IMG/VR virus record: IMGVR_UViG_3300036856_000023
Coordinates: 1-42,512 of that record
Origin: a virus
Taxonomy: Duplodnaviria; Caudoviricetes
Reading direction: 5' to 3' (one strand)
Length of the DNA stretch: 42,512 nt
How positions within the stretch are numbered: position 1 is the first letter of the stretch; every line of letters begins with the position of its first letter. The translations under genes and the position numbers were made by a program. The notes beneath the pieces were generated by a model. It was given only the letters and a program-made list of their open reading frames with translations. It was not told the origin of the DNA and ran no database searches. Below are positions 25,377 to 34,722 of the stretch, one piece after another.

Positions 25377-26261
25377 TCACCCGTCATTGATTCCTCCTAA
25401 GAGTGCGAGCTGGTCGCCGGCGCCCGTATGCGACTTTTCCAGGTTGCACTTAGCATGGGCGAGCTGAACGTTCTCGTATGTATGGTCGCCGCCGAGTGCT
25501 AATGGGATGATGTGGTCGAGAGTGGCGGACAGTTTATGCGGCCACTTCAAACGTTTGTTGACCTTCTTACCGCATCGCCTACATACCCAGCCATCACGGT
25601 TGAAGACCTTTTGTCGGTCAACGTGCTCATAATTCCCACCCAGTATTCGAGCCCGGCGGGCATGAACTCCAGCCAGCGCCAACTCTCTTGCCCGCTCTGG
25701 GTTTTCTTCACACCATCGCTTGACCCTCTGCTGATTTCGCCTACGAAGCTCGGGGTCGGTAGCGTAGCGCGCCTTCCAAGCGGCAGAGATAGCCTCTCGG
25801 TTGCGTTGGTAATTAGCGGCCTTCGTCTGTCGGACTCGCTCCCGGTTTTTGGTCTGCCAGTCGCGGACTCCGGCCTTAATCTTCTCCGAACTCCCTCGAT
25901 AGAAGGCAGCGCATCGTTTAGAGCTGCACTCTTTGCATATTCCGCTGAACCCGTCTGCGTGGCGGACATGAACGTAAAAGCAGTCGACCGACTTGACTTC
26001 GCAACAGTCGCAGCACCTCTTTAGCCCGAGAGTCAGGAGTCGCTCTCGTTCCAGCTCTTGTTCCCGCTTGGCGTCGCGGCGCTGTACCAAATCAGGATCG
26101 CGCCGTTCCTTTGCAGTAAGGGTCCTTTGGCAGGCACAGGGCTTGCATGTTGAGGTCAGTCCGTCATGCTTTGATTTGTCCTTGTGGAAGTCGCTCAGCG
26201 GTTTCATTTCCCCGCAGCACCCACACCGCTTCTCACCGGACATTGCGGCGTCCCCACGCAC
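25377..26261 (-). CDS. HNH endonuclease with repeated N-terminal Zn-ribbons
   Basis: Two KRCxxCxE-x-K...CKxC units; C-x-x-C...LDHIIPLALGG-x-H-x-x-x-N-x-x-x-AH-x-x-CN. Confidence 0.9.
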   Translation of the reverse strand: MRGDAAMSGEKRCGCCGEMKPLSDFHKDKSKHDGLTSTCKPCACQRTLTAKERRDPDLVQRRDAKREQELERERLLTLGLKRCCDCCEVKSVDCFYVHVRHADGFSGICKECSSKRCAAFYRGSSEKIKAGVRDWQTKNRERVRQTKAANYQRNREAISAAWKARYATDPELRRRNQQRVKRWCEENPERARELALAGVHARRARILGGNYEHVDRQKVFNRDGWVCRRCGKKVNKRLKWPHKLSATLDHIIPLALGGDHTYENVQLAHAKCNLEKSHTGAGDQLALLGGINDG

Positions 26262-26514
26262 CCGTGAGGGTCAGATGCTTCAGCACCAAGCGCTGAGCGA
26301 GCTTGGTGGCAGTATCGCGTTCCGGTCGCGCGGCATTCGTATCAATCGCCACTGCGAGGAGGCGAGAGGCAGTCCGCAGTGGTGACGCCTCATCTCTGAC
26401 ATCGGTATGTGCGTACATACAACTCCTTTGGTCAACCCCTGACCTGATGACAGGGTAGTTGCTAGGATAGACATCAGATGACCAGGCGCTCAACTTTCTA
26501 CGGAGGTTTTTTCA

Positions 26515-27189
26515 TTGCAAACTTTTCGAGATGATCCCGACGTGGTGATCTCGATGCTCAGCGCGCGAGCTACAGCGGGATCGCATGAGGCTATGGAGAC
26601 ACTTTCGCTGTTAGCCAAGTTTTGGCTCCTGCGGCATGATATGCCCGGTCATCTGCCCCGGGAGTGGCAGCCGAGGTGTTCAAAGACGAGCGTGCCGGTT
26701 GATGGCGGGGTCATTCCTGAATGGGTCGAAGGATGGCTCTGGGGCTATGGCAGTCCAGATGTCTATTGGCGCATTGAGATCAACTGGCGCGGCCAGCCCG
26801 AGTTGGTTGAGCTACGGTTCTGCAAGCCGAAGTTTGGTCGCAAACGGCGTGGGATCAGACAGAAGGACCTCAAGTCAACGAGCATTGCTGAGCTGGAAGA
26901 TAAGTACGCGGATGTCGCCTTCGCTGACCATCAGCCCGATGAGATAGCTGCGGCACGCAAACATATTGAGCGTTTGCGGCAAACTGGCGGCAGGAAGACT
27001 ATGACGCCGCTATCCCTTGAGCACGTAGCCAGGGTGTACCGATCCAATAAACGCGCACCGACTCAGGCTGTCGCTACAACCTTCGGTGTCAGTCACCGAA
27101 TGGCATCGGTATACGTCGCACAGGCACGACAGGCCGGCCATCTGCCTCCGACTAAGCAGGGCAGAAAGAACGCGGATTGGACGGGCTAG
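26515..27189 (+). CDS. putative DNA-binding protein (DUF6214-like C-terminal HTH)
   Basis: VARVYR...PTQAVA-x-x-FGVS-x-R-x-AS-x-YVAQARQAGHLPPT; start uncertain. Confidence 0.55.
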   Translation: MQTFRDDPDVVISMLSARATAGSHEAMETLSLLAKFWLLRHDMPGHLPREWQPRCSKTSVPVDGGVIPEWVEGWLWGYGSPDVYWRIEINWRGQPELVELRFCKPKFGRKRRGIRQKDLKSTSIAELEDKYADVAFADHQPDEIAAARKHIERLRQTGGRKTMTPLSLEHVARVYRSNKRAPTQAVATTFGVSHRMASVYVAQARQAGHLPPTKQGRKNADWTG

Positions 27190-27192
27190 ACA

Positions 27193-27231
27193 GCAAACTC
27201 CCCGACGTTTGCTCAACGCCGGGGAGTTTGC
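27193..27231. terminator. hairpin terminator between convergent genes
   Basis: GCAAACTCCCCG...CGGGGAGTTTGC inverted repeat downstream of both the capsid gene and 26515-27189. Confidence 0.75.
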
Positions 27232-27264
27232 TTATTCAGTTCTTGCTTAGCCTAAAACCGCTGG

Positions 27265-28722
27265 TTAGAACGTTGGGGCTGTGAGACCAGTGATTTCCAC
27301 GATTGACTGTGGATAGCGAGCAGCGGAGAAGGCTAAGTAATTGTAAATTTGGAGCAAAACCGTCAAGTTCGCGGCCTTAGTCTCAGGCAGGACGCGAGCG
27401 CGGATGCCCGACTCCCACAGGACGAGGTCGCTGGCACGGACCACGTAGATGATGTCCTCAGTGCCCGTAGGCGTCTCGGAACCATTAGTGGTCGTGATGT
27501 TTGGATCGGTCACGACGGGCAGGCCGTGCATGTTACCGACCACCTGCTGCGATGCGACGTCGGTGAGCACACCGCCGACGTTCATCGGGCTGTTGGCCGC
27601 CGGGAGGAACAGCGGGCGGTCAGTCGTGTCGAGCAGGCTCAGGAACCAGCCCCACCTGCGAGGGTGCATCACGATCACTTCCGGGGGCAGGAAGCGGGTA
27701 GTATGCACGGTTTGGATTGCGTTCGCGATACTCGAGTACACGCCCTGAATTGTGACCGAGTCCACCGCGATGGTGTTGATGCCCGGGGTGTAGTTGACAC
27801 CCAGCACCTGACCGCTGGTACCCGAACCGCCGAGAACCTGCTGGTCAGTGGCAGCTGCGTGGGCTGCAACCAAATCACGGAAAACTACATCATCGAACGC
27901 TATCGGCGACTGGTCGATGAGCTGAATGGCGACACCTTGCTGGCCGGCGATGGTGCGCACCGGAGCATTGATGAACGTGTCCGTCAGGTCAACGTCCGCG
28001 ACCGTGCTGTTGTCCGACACCTGGACTCCAACAGAGGTACCAGTCAGCAACTTCGGGATGTTGATCGAGTCGGTTCCACCGGGCAGAGGCTGACGCTGGA
28101 CCAGGTTAGCGAATGCACGGCCAGGACGAGCCAGTTCAATATACTGGTTCATAAGCCACGCCGGCGGAACTGCGTATCCACCTTGGCCATCAACCCTCGA
28201 GATGTCGCGGTACTCGGTGTACTCATCGAGCGTCTGCACGTCCTGCGCGTGGCGCAGCAGACGGTCGCGGCAGTCGCCGGTGTCGTCCACGTTCAGCGCG
28301 ACCTTGATCATGTCCTGCATGTAGGACCGACGCGGGTCACCCTTCTGGTAGATCGCCTGCTCGCGGACCTTGGTGATCGTGCCCTCGGCGCGACGGATGC
28401 GCGACAGGGAGGCGTTGATCTGGCCGCTGCGCTCTACCTCAGCGCGGATCTCTTCGATGCGCTCGTCCAGGCCGACGATCTCGGCACCCAGAGTGCGCAT
28501 CTCTTCCATGTACTTGCGGAACTCGTCGTCCTCTTCGGGCTCGAGCTTCTCGCGTCCCTGCTCGCGCGCCAGGAGAAGAACAGCCTCACCCTTTTGCTGG
28601 GCACGGGCGCGCTCCTCGTGAACATGACCACGGCGCTTAATCAGCGTTGCCAGGAAGTCTTCCATTCCTGCTGCCGCGACTAGGCCGCGGTTCTCCACAA
28701 CGGGAGCGTTGTCGATACTCAT
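27265..28722 (-). CDS. HK97-fold major capsid protein with N-terminal delta/scaffold coiled coil
   Basis: Coiled-coil N-terminus, GGYAVPP, INIPK, MHPRRW-x-x-x-x-x-L-x-D-x-x-x-RPL, GLPVVTD; GAGAGGA RBS before MSIDNAP. Confidence 0.9.
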   Translation of the reverse strand: MSIDNAPVVENRGLVAAAGMEDFLATLIKRRGHVHEERARAQQKGEAVLLLAREQGREKLEPEEDDEFRKYMEEMRTLGAEIVGLDERIEEIRAEVERSGQINASLSRIRRAEGTITKVREQAIYQKGDPRRSYMQDMIKVALNVDDTGDCRDRLLRHAQDVQTLDEYTEYRDISRVDGQGGYAVPPAWLMNQYIELARPGRAFANLVQRQPLPGGTDSINIPKLLTGTSVGVQVSDNSTVADVDLTDTFINAPVRTIAGQQGVAIQLIDQSPIAFDDVVFRDLVAAHAAATDQQVLGGSGTSGQVLGVNYTPGINTIAVDSVTIQGVYSSIANAIQTVHTTRFLPPEVIVMHPRRWGWFLSLLDTTDRPLFLPAANSPMNVGGVLTDVASQQVVGNMHGLPVVTDPNITTTNGSETPTGTEDIIYVVRASDLVLWESGIRARVLPETKAANLTVLLQIYNYLAFSAARYPQSIVEITGLTAPTF

Positions 28723-28830
28723 CGACGTGAATCCTCTCGGATCTTGGCCCAGGCGGGCTGGTTGATTTTGGGGGGTCACGATTACGTTTCGTGAACGGCG
28801 CAGGCCCGTAGGTGGCGACTTTTAGACCCA

Positions 28831-28902
28831 TCGCTTCAGTACTCCGCGTCCCGAGGGTCCCGCTGCCCGGCTAGCTTCTCGCTTCGATACTCCGCGTCCC
28901 GA
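28831..28902. repeat. 24-bp direct repeat pair upstream of the capsid gene
   Basis: tcgcttcagtactccgcgtcccga (28831-28854) and tcgcttcgatactccgcgtcccga (28879-28902). Confidence 0.75.
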
Positions 28903-28980
28903 AAGCCTGCCGCCAACGTAAGCGGAAGGCTGAGCACCCGTCGACGCTCATCTACCGCCTGCGGGCAAGTGTAGGGCAAG

Positions 28981-29733
28981 TTAGCCCATGATTTGCAAGC
29001 GCGACACGCTAGTTAGGTATTCATCAACCCGAATCTTCTTCAGGAGAGTGTTGATCCTGGGCTGGTATTTCTGTATCACTGCGTACTCAAGAGCGGCCAT
29101 CTGCCGCTGATCTTGACACTTGATCATTCGCATGGAGACAGTCTCACTACCCTTGAGCTCATCACGCAGGTGCGTCCCTAGGCGACCAAGAAGCGCTCGC
29201 GACTGACCCACGTAGATCGGATCGCCCGAGACGTCAAGTAGGAGGTAAACGAAGTAACCGTTGACGTCATCTTTAGAAAGCTCGAATACCGGCAGGTTTG
29301 CGCGGTCGCATAGCTCGTCTAGCTCGAGCAACGGGGTCACGATTGACGGCGGACCAACTAGAGAGGGGACTGCTATTGGATCAGGAACTAGCTCTTCTTT
29401 GAAGGTCCCCACGCCGAATTTTGTCAGCGCAGCTTTGATTCGACCTTGAATCTTGACGACTTGCTCAGCCGTGTAACCCTTCTGGTTTTTCGGCATGTTG
29501 ATGTAGGCCCACGCCGCTTTGGTGTGGTCTTTAGTGTCAATCGGATAGCGCTTCTTGTTATCCGGCTTGTAGCCCGGGTCAGCGTAGGGGCGGTTGGCGT
29601 AAGGATGAGATGGGTCGCGTCTGGCTAACTGTCGATCCACCCGCCAAACACTACTATTTGAGCCGCGACCTCTAGGTATTGACACGCCGGTGTCTAAACT
29701 CAGCAAAGACGTCTTCTTACGCGCGAGTGACAT
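28981..29733 (-). CDS. fusion of a YADPG...RYPID domain (DUF6582-like) and a GIY-YIG-like domain
   Basis: YADPGY...KKRYPIDTKDH-x-KAAW-x-YIN; C-terminal FVYLL...IYVGQS...RL-x-x-H...LE...I-x-x-YQP-x-x-N. Confidence 0.7.
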   Translation of the reverse strand: MSLARKKTSLLSLDTGVSIPRGRGSNSSVWRVDRQLARRDPSHPYANRPYADPGYKPDNKKRYPIDTKDHTKAAWAYINMPKNQKGYTAEQVVKIQGRIKAALTKFGVGTFKEELVPDPIAVPSLVGPPSIVTPLLELDELCDRANLPVFELSKDDVNGYFVYLLLDVSGDPIYVGQSRALLGRLGTHLRDELKGSETVSMRMIKCQDQRQMAALEYAVIQKYQPRINTLLKKIRVDEYLTSVSRLQIMG

Positions 29734-29819
29734 GTGGATTGGAGTAGGGAAGTCGGCGGCGGATTTGTCCCCGCCCAGCCGTACGCTTACTTATGTGGTC
29801 GCGAGCTAAGGACAGCCCA

Positions 29820-30875
29820 ATGAGCATCATCGCCGGCGTTGAAGTGGCCCTGCCTCGCTACCGCTATACCCAGCGGGAGATCACCGACACCTTCTGCTCC
29901 TTCCGTGGCTGGGGGGAGCACGCTGACATCCTCTACAAGCTCCACAAACACGCGGGGGTAGAGGCGCGACATCTTGTTCTCCCACTTGAGCGGTATGCCG
30001 GTCTCACTGATTTCGGTGAGGCCAACGACACCTTTATCGAGCACGCCACCGATTTGGGCACCCAGGCGCTGGCCGGTGCGCTGGAAAAAGCGGGCCTGGC
30101 TCCCCAGGATGTCGACCTGCTCATCACCACCACCGTCACGGGCGTCGCTGTCCCACCCCTCGACGCGCGCATCGCCGGGCGACTGGAAATGCGGCCCGAT
30201 ATAAAACGCACACCACTTTTTGGGCTCGGGTGTGTCGCGGGCGCTACCGGCGTCGCGCGACTGCACGACTACCTGAAGGGTGAGCCGAATAAGGTCGCGG
30301 CGCTGGTGTCCATGGAGTTGTGCAGCCTGACGTACCCAGGGGCCACCCCAACGCTGGCTAGTCAAGTAGGGTCCGCGCTGTTTGGCGACGGCGCAGCGGC
30401 GGTCGTAGCGGTCGGTAAAGACCGCGCCAGCCACACCGGCATAGCGGGACCAGCGGTGTTGGACACTCGCAGCCACCTCTACCCCGCGTCCTTGCGAACG
30501 ATGGGGTGGGACATCGGGTCCAACGGGTTCCATCTCGTCCTGGCGCCTGATCTTCCCCAGCTGATCGAGACCTACCTGTATGACGACGTCAGCACCTTCC
30601 TGGCGCACCAGGGCTTGAAGATTTCCGACATCTCCATCTGGGTCAGTCACCCCGGCGGCCCGAAGATCATCGAGGCCATTGAGTCCACCCTGCACCTACC
30701 CACCGATGCGCTGGCGTTGAGTTGGAAGTCCCTGCGGGAGGTCGGCAACCTCTCCAGCGCCTCCGTGCTGCATGTGCTGCGCGAGACCATCGAGGCCAAA
30801 AAGAAGAAGGGTCACGCGCTCATGATGGCGCTGGGGCCCGGGTTCTGTTCAGAGCTCGTCATGCTCCGATGGTGA
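29820..30875 (+). CDS. type III polyketide synthase (chalcone synthase family, Pks10/Pks11-like)
   Basis: Catalytic triad motifs GLGCVAG, SHPGG and GNLSS, plus LFGDGAAA and GPGF. Confidence 0.93.
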   Translation: MSIIAGVEVALPRYRYTQREITDTFCSFRGWGEHADILYKLHKHAGVEARHLVLPLERYAGLTDFGEANDTFIEHATDLGTQALAGALEKAGLAPQDVDLLITTTVTGVAVPPLDARIAGRLEMRPDIKRTPLFGLGCVAGATGVARLHDYLKGEPNKVAALVSMELCSLTYPGATPTLASQVGSALFGDGAAAVVAVGKDRASHTGIAGPAVLDTRSHLYPASLRTMGWDIGSNGFHLVLAPDLPQLIETYLYDDVSTFLAHQGLKISDISIWVSHPGGPKIIEAIESTLHLPTDALALSWKSLREVGNLSSASVLHVLRETIEAKKKKGHALMMALGPGFCSELVMLRW

Positions 30876-31229
30876 TTCCTCCACCGGCCACAACGCTTTG
30901 CGCGCGGCCCTGATGGCAATCCGCACACTGGAGCGCACATTGGGGTCGGCGGACGTGATCTCGTCCAAGTCCTCCAGTAGCGTGTAGAAGGCGTTGCGGA
31001 CCCGCACCAGTTCCTCGCGACACTTGGCGCATTCGGTCTTCGCCTCCTGCGCTTCCTTCTTCGCCACCTCATAATTACTGTGGGATTCGCGGTACCAGAT
31101 CTCGTGGTCCTTAATGACCTTCTCCGCCTTAACCGCTCCCCTGTTGAATATCCCCTGGACGATTGCGACTGCCACTCCACTGCCACATGCGACACCGGCG
31201 CCGGAAGCCAGCAAGTCCGCGAGGATCAC
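30849..31229 (-). CDS. small membrane protein with coiled coil (lysis-accessory-like)
   Basis: N-terminal hydrophobic helix followed by a coiled coil. Confidence 0.65.
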   Translation of the reverse strand: MILADLLASGAGVACGSGVAVAIVQGIFNRGAVKAEKVIKDHEIWYRESHSNYEVAKKEAQEAKTECAKCREELVRVRNAFYTLLEDLDEITSADPNVRSSVRIAIRAARKALWPVEESPSEHDEL

Positions 31230-31855
31230 AGCAGCCTCCCCACCGCCCTTAAGCGACGGATGTCACGCATCACCAACACCATGGTGGCGATATACGTGAA
31301 GATGCCCAAGATACCGCCGTACACTCCCTTACTCCACGTTTCTGCGTGGAAGGTCGCCACGGTGTACGCCGCCATCGCGCAGTTGACGGTAGCGTCCCCG
31401 CCCAGTTGCAGCCACATGCCGCTGTAGGAGAACCGGGAGTTACGGATGATGAGACGGCCCAACAGTGCACACACCGGACCCGCCATGTTCATCCAGGCCC
31501 ACATGATGAAGCTCTGGTGACTCATCGTGTCCTGCAACGTCATCGGCGCCTGGTTGACGCGCAGGTCGTGGAAGCCGCAGACGAAGCACCCGGTGTAGAA
31601 CAGCCACTGGAATAAAACGATGGTTTCGCTGTCGACCAGGTACCAGAATCTGTCAATCAGGCCGCGCACCCGGCTAGCCACGAGGTTCGTTCCGTGGGAC
31701 AAGGTCTCGAGGACGCCAGCCGGATCGCCAGCGTCCGAGGAATTCTGCCCACTCCATTCGGTCGGGGGGTGTGGCGCCGGCATCGAGGGCCGCTCGGTAA
31801 TCCACGTACCACTGTTGGTCGAGTGAGATGAAGGAAAGCATGGCGGCGTGTTCAA
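31226..31855 (-). CDS. four-TM membrane protein
   Basis: Four hydrophobic helices; true start probably downstream of 31855. Confidence 0.7.
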   Translation of the reverse strand: MNTPPCFPSSHSTNSGTWITERPSMPAPHPPTEWSGQNSSDAGDPAGVLETLSHGTNLVASRVRGLIDRFWYLVDSETIVLFQWLFYTGCFVCGFHDLRVNQAPMTLQDTMSHQSFIMWAWMNMAGPVCALLGRLIIRNSRFSYSGMWLQLGGDATVNCAMAAYTVATFHAETWSKGVYGGILGIFTYIATMVLVMRDIRRLRAVGRLL

Positions 31856-32156
31856 CTTCCAAGTCCTCCATTCGCACGACAGCGGCTTGCAGGCTCTCCC
31901 TCACCATCCGGTAGTCGTCGGGGATGGCACCTAGGGGGATACGCATCTTAGTCTCCAGCGCCAGTTGCGCGTGGTAACGCTCCTGGCGTTTGTGGAAGGA
32001 GGTGACGACCCCTCGCCCCAGCGGTCCCAGTGCTTTGGCGACGAAGTCGACGTTCTCGATCAGCCTAGTGGCCAACAACCAGATGAAAATGGCCACCGGC
32101 ACGGTGACGAGCCACCAGTGGCCAAAGGTGTGAATGAGGTCGTTATCCTGTATCAC
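31674..32156 (-). CDS. membrane-anchored protein
   Basis: N-terminal TM helix; AGAAGG RBS. Confidence 0.65.
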   Translation of the reverse strand: MIQDNDLIHTFGHWWLVTVPVAIFIWLLATRLIENVDFVAKALGPLGRGVVTSFHKRQERYHAQLALETKMRIPLGAIPDDYRMVRESLQAAVVRMEDLEVEHAAMLSFISLDQQWYVDYRAALDAGATPPDRMEWAEFLGRWRSGWRPRDLVPRNEPRG

Positions 32157-32637
32157 GCTTCACCTTCTCCGGAGGTGGGAGGCGGGCATATGTCAGGTGT
32201 AAGTATGCGATGTATCCCCACAACACAGGGCGAGAAATTGCTGAAATCACCGGTCCGATTTGCCAGTGCGCCTGCAACAGACCCGAGATGATGGCGCCGA
32301 TGGCCAAGGTGGCGTAGATGGTGAACAGCACCGCGTGGGACAAGAACGACAGGTGCCACCCTATCCGGTTGTGCAGACTGCCCTTGATGATGACGCGCTC
32401 ACCGATCAGCGCGTGGGTTGCTGCCAACAGGAGCGCTGCCCCCACGGTCCACCTCGGCAGACTTGCCCACTTGGTCAGGTCGGCTGGGTAGACCTCAGAA
32501 AACGAAATACGCAGGCGTTCCGGGAGGCAATAGCTCAGGCCCCACGTGAAGCTCACCAGTAACAGGGCCGTCTGACTGTGCCGAGTGGTGATCGGGCTCC
32601 TGTACCAATGCTGATCGCCCGCCACCGGCGCGGCCAT
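32143..32637 (-). CDS. four-TM membrane protein
   Basis: AAGGGGAG RBS; four hydrophobic helices. Confidence 0.7.
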   Translation of the reverse strand: MAAPVAGDQHWYRSPITTRHSQTALLLVSFTWGLSYCLPERLRISFSEVYPADLTKWASLPRWTVGAALLLAATHALIGERVIIKGSLHNRIGWHLSFLSHAVLFTIYATLAIGAIISGLLQAHWQIGPVISAISRPVLWGYIAYLHLTYARLPPPEKVKRDTG

Positions 32638-32658
32638 GACACTCCCCTTCGGTGGTGA

Positions 32659-34722
32659 CTACTTCCCCGACTGCTCCTTTTTGAAGTCCGCAAGGCGGTC
32701 GCTGGCCACCCGCATCCGCAAAGACGGGTCCTGGGCAAGCAAACCGCGGTAGCCCACCGGCGCGCTTCCCTCACTACGCAACGCCTTCAGGTAGTCAGAC
32801 ACGTTGCCGCCCTCGCAGTCCTGGCCTGTCTCCATCCGCAGTTCCTGCATCTTGCGTGCGACATCGCTACTGGGCGAGTCGTTCTTGATGTTGCGCATGT
32901 TGTCCAATTGGGTCCTCGCTTTGGAGAGCAGCTTGCGCAGGTCGGGGTTACCCTCAGCCAGCTTGTAGGCGTGCACAATGGTGCGGTCCAGCGCCGCCGC
33001 CAACGAGAGGTCGATCTTGTCGTCGTCGGGGTTGTCCGCGTCAGTCTCATCGCACCGGTCGGTCACGCGACCCTCTCCTGTCTCGGGGTCATAGTCACCA
33101 TCGTCATTGGCGCGGCTGTCGTCCTCGTCGCACTCAGGGCACGGTCCGTCGCCGCTGTGGTCATGGGCACGGTCGTCCTCATCGTTGTCGTCGTCCATCT
33201 CGTCCATGTCGTCACGCTTGGGAGTCGCCATGTCCGTGCCTTTCCCTCCGCCAACGATGTTGGGCGCGTCCGCGCCTTTCATCGGCTTGCTTTTGAACGG
33301 ATCGCCCTTGGAGTCGCCCTTGAACGGATCTTCCTCTTTGATTACATCACCGGTGCCCCGGGAGAGCGCAGGCGCGCCGAGGGTCTGACGCGGCGCAGGC
33401 ACGCTGTGTGGGTCGACATACGTCGGTAGCGTCCACGTCGCTTCCGGCGGATCAAAGGAGGTGCTGGGACTACCCAGGATATTGGCCGGGACGGGACCCA
33501 GCGCGGGGGCCTCCGACTCATCGGCGGTGGTGGCATCGAACGGCTCGTTGTGCGGGTCACCCGGCTCGGTGCTCGGCGACAACGGCGCGGGCAGGTTCGA
33601 CGTGGCGCTCTGGTGCTTCCCACTGTCGGGCGCCGGCATGTCACTAGGGGGGAAGCCGCGCTCACTCTGGGTCGCCGGGACGCTGGCCGGGATGATCTGC
33701 GGCAACGGGACGCGGGAGCCATCTGTCAACACCGCGATGGCCAGGATGCTGCCGTCCTGCGCGCGGGTCTGCTCCACATGATGGATGGCGACATCGGCGG
33801 GTTCCACCGACTTCTTGTCTCCCCCGGTATCGACGCCAAACTTCTTCAAGGCCGCCTGGATTCGGCTCTTAATGCTGCTGACCTGCTGGGCGGTGTAGCC
33901 CTTCTGGTTCTTGGGCATGTTGATGTAGGACCAGGCGGCTTTCGCGTGATCCTTGGTGTCGATGGGGTAGCGCTTCTTGCCGTCCTTGTAGCCCGGGTCG
34001 GCGTAGGCCACATTCCCGTAGGGCTTGTCGCCGTCGTCGCGTCCCTCCAGCGCGGACAACGCCTGGCGCGCGCGGCGGATCTGCTCGATGTCCAGGGCGC
34101 CGGCCTTGCGCAACTCCACCAGTTCCTTGTTCGACAACGCGGCCAACGCGCTGACGGCATCCGCAGACAGGATGGCCTTGGTCCCGGGGTTCATGCCGTA
34201 GTTGACGACTGACACATCGCCCTTCTGCAACGACAGGCTGACAATCGTCCGCTGGGTGTAACTGCTGTCCCAGCTCTGGTCGGTGACGCGGAAGGCGAAG
34301 CTCATCTCGTCCATGTCGCCGCGGCGCATCTTGGGCATCAGGCGCTGGACATCAGGGTCACTGGGGTCCAGGGAGGCCCAGACCAACAGCCCGTGGTTGT
34401 CCACCGACAGCTTTAGCGTCCCACTCTTGGTGCGCGCCAGGGGCGTGCCCTCATGGTTGATGAGTAGTTGCAGGTCCGGGCTGGACGCCAGCGTGGTCTC
34501 GAAGGCCCGCTTGTCCAGTTGCTCCACCCAGCCACCCAGGTCGGGACCACCGTGGACGTCATAAGGCTCAAAGGTCGCGGCGTAGCCCTCAAGGATGATT
34601 TCCTTGAGCTCATTGCCCAAGCCTCTTTTTTCGCGGTACTTGAAACCCTCAGCGACGCTACGTTGTTCGCGTACGTTGAGTAGGTCCTGGCGGTTGCGCT
34701 GCTCAATCATCCGTTTCTCCAT
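32659..34722 (-). CDS. HK97-type prohead protease fused to a DUF6582-like domain and an acidic low-complexity tail
   Basis: LEGYA...AF...LLINH...PLART...GTL...GL...MRRGDMDEMSFAF-x-V protease motifs, followed by a long extension. Confidence 0.88.
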   Translation of the reverse strand: MEKRMIEQRNRQDLLNVREQRSVAEGFKYREKRGLGNELKEIILEGYAATFEPYDVHGGPDLGGWVEQLDKRAFETTLASSPDLQLLINHEGTPLARTKSGTLKLSVDNHGLLVWASLDPSDPDVQRLMPKMRRGDMDEMSFAFRVTDQSWDSSYTQRTIVSLSLQKGDVSVVNYGMNPGTKAILSADAVSALAALSNKELVELRKAGALDIEQIRRARQALSALEGRDDGDKPYGNVAYADPGYKDGKKRYPIDTKDHAKAAWSYINMPKNQKGYTAQQVSSIKSRIQAALKKFGVDTGGDKKSVEPADVAIHHVEQTRAQDGSILAIAVLTDGSRVPLPQIIPASVPATQSERGFPPSDMPAPDSGKHQSATSNLPAPLSPSTEPGDPHNEPFDATTADESEAPALGPVPANILGSPSTSFDPPEATWTLPTYVDPHSVPAPRQTLGAPALSRGTGDVIKEEDPFKGDSKGDPFKSKPMKGADAPNIVGGGKGTDMATPKRDDMDEMDDDNDEDDRAHDHSGDGPCPECDEDDSRANDDGDYDPETGEGRVTDRCDETDADNPDDDKIDLSLAAALDRTIVHAYKLAEGNPDLRKLLSKARTQLDNMRNIKNDSPSSDVARKMQELRMETGQDCEGGNVSDYLKALRSEGSAPVGYRGLLAQDPSLRMRVASDRLADFKKEQSGK

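Noticed and set aside
27349-28683. 444-aa plus-strand ORF and similar antisense ORFs (37062-38066, 29787-30695, 35366-36028)
   Set aside because: Shadow frames opposite well-supported capsid, terminase, PKS and portal genes.
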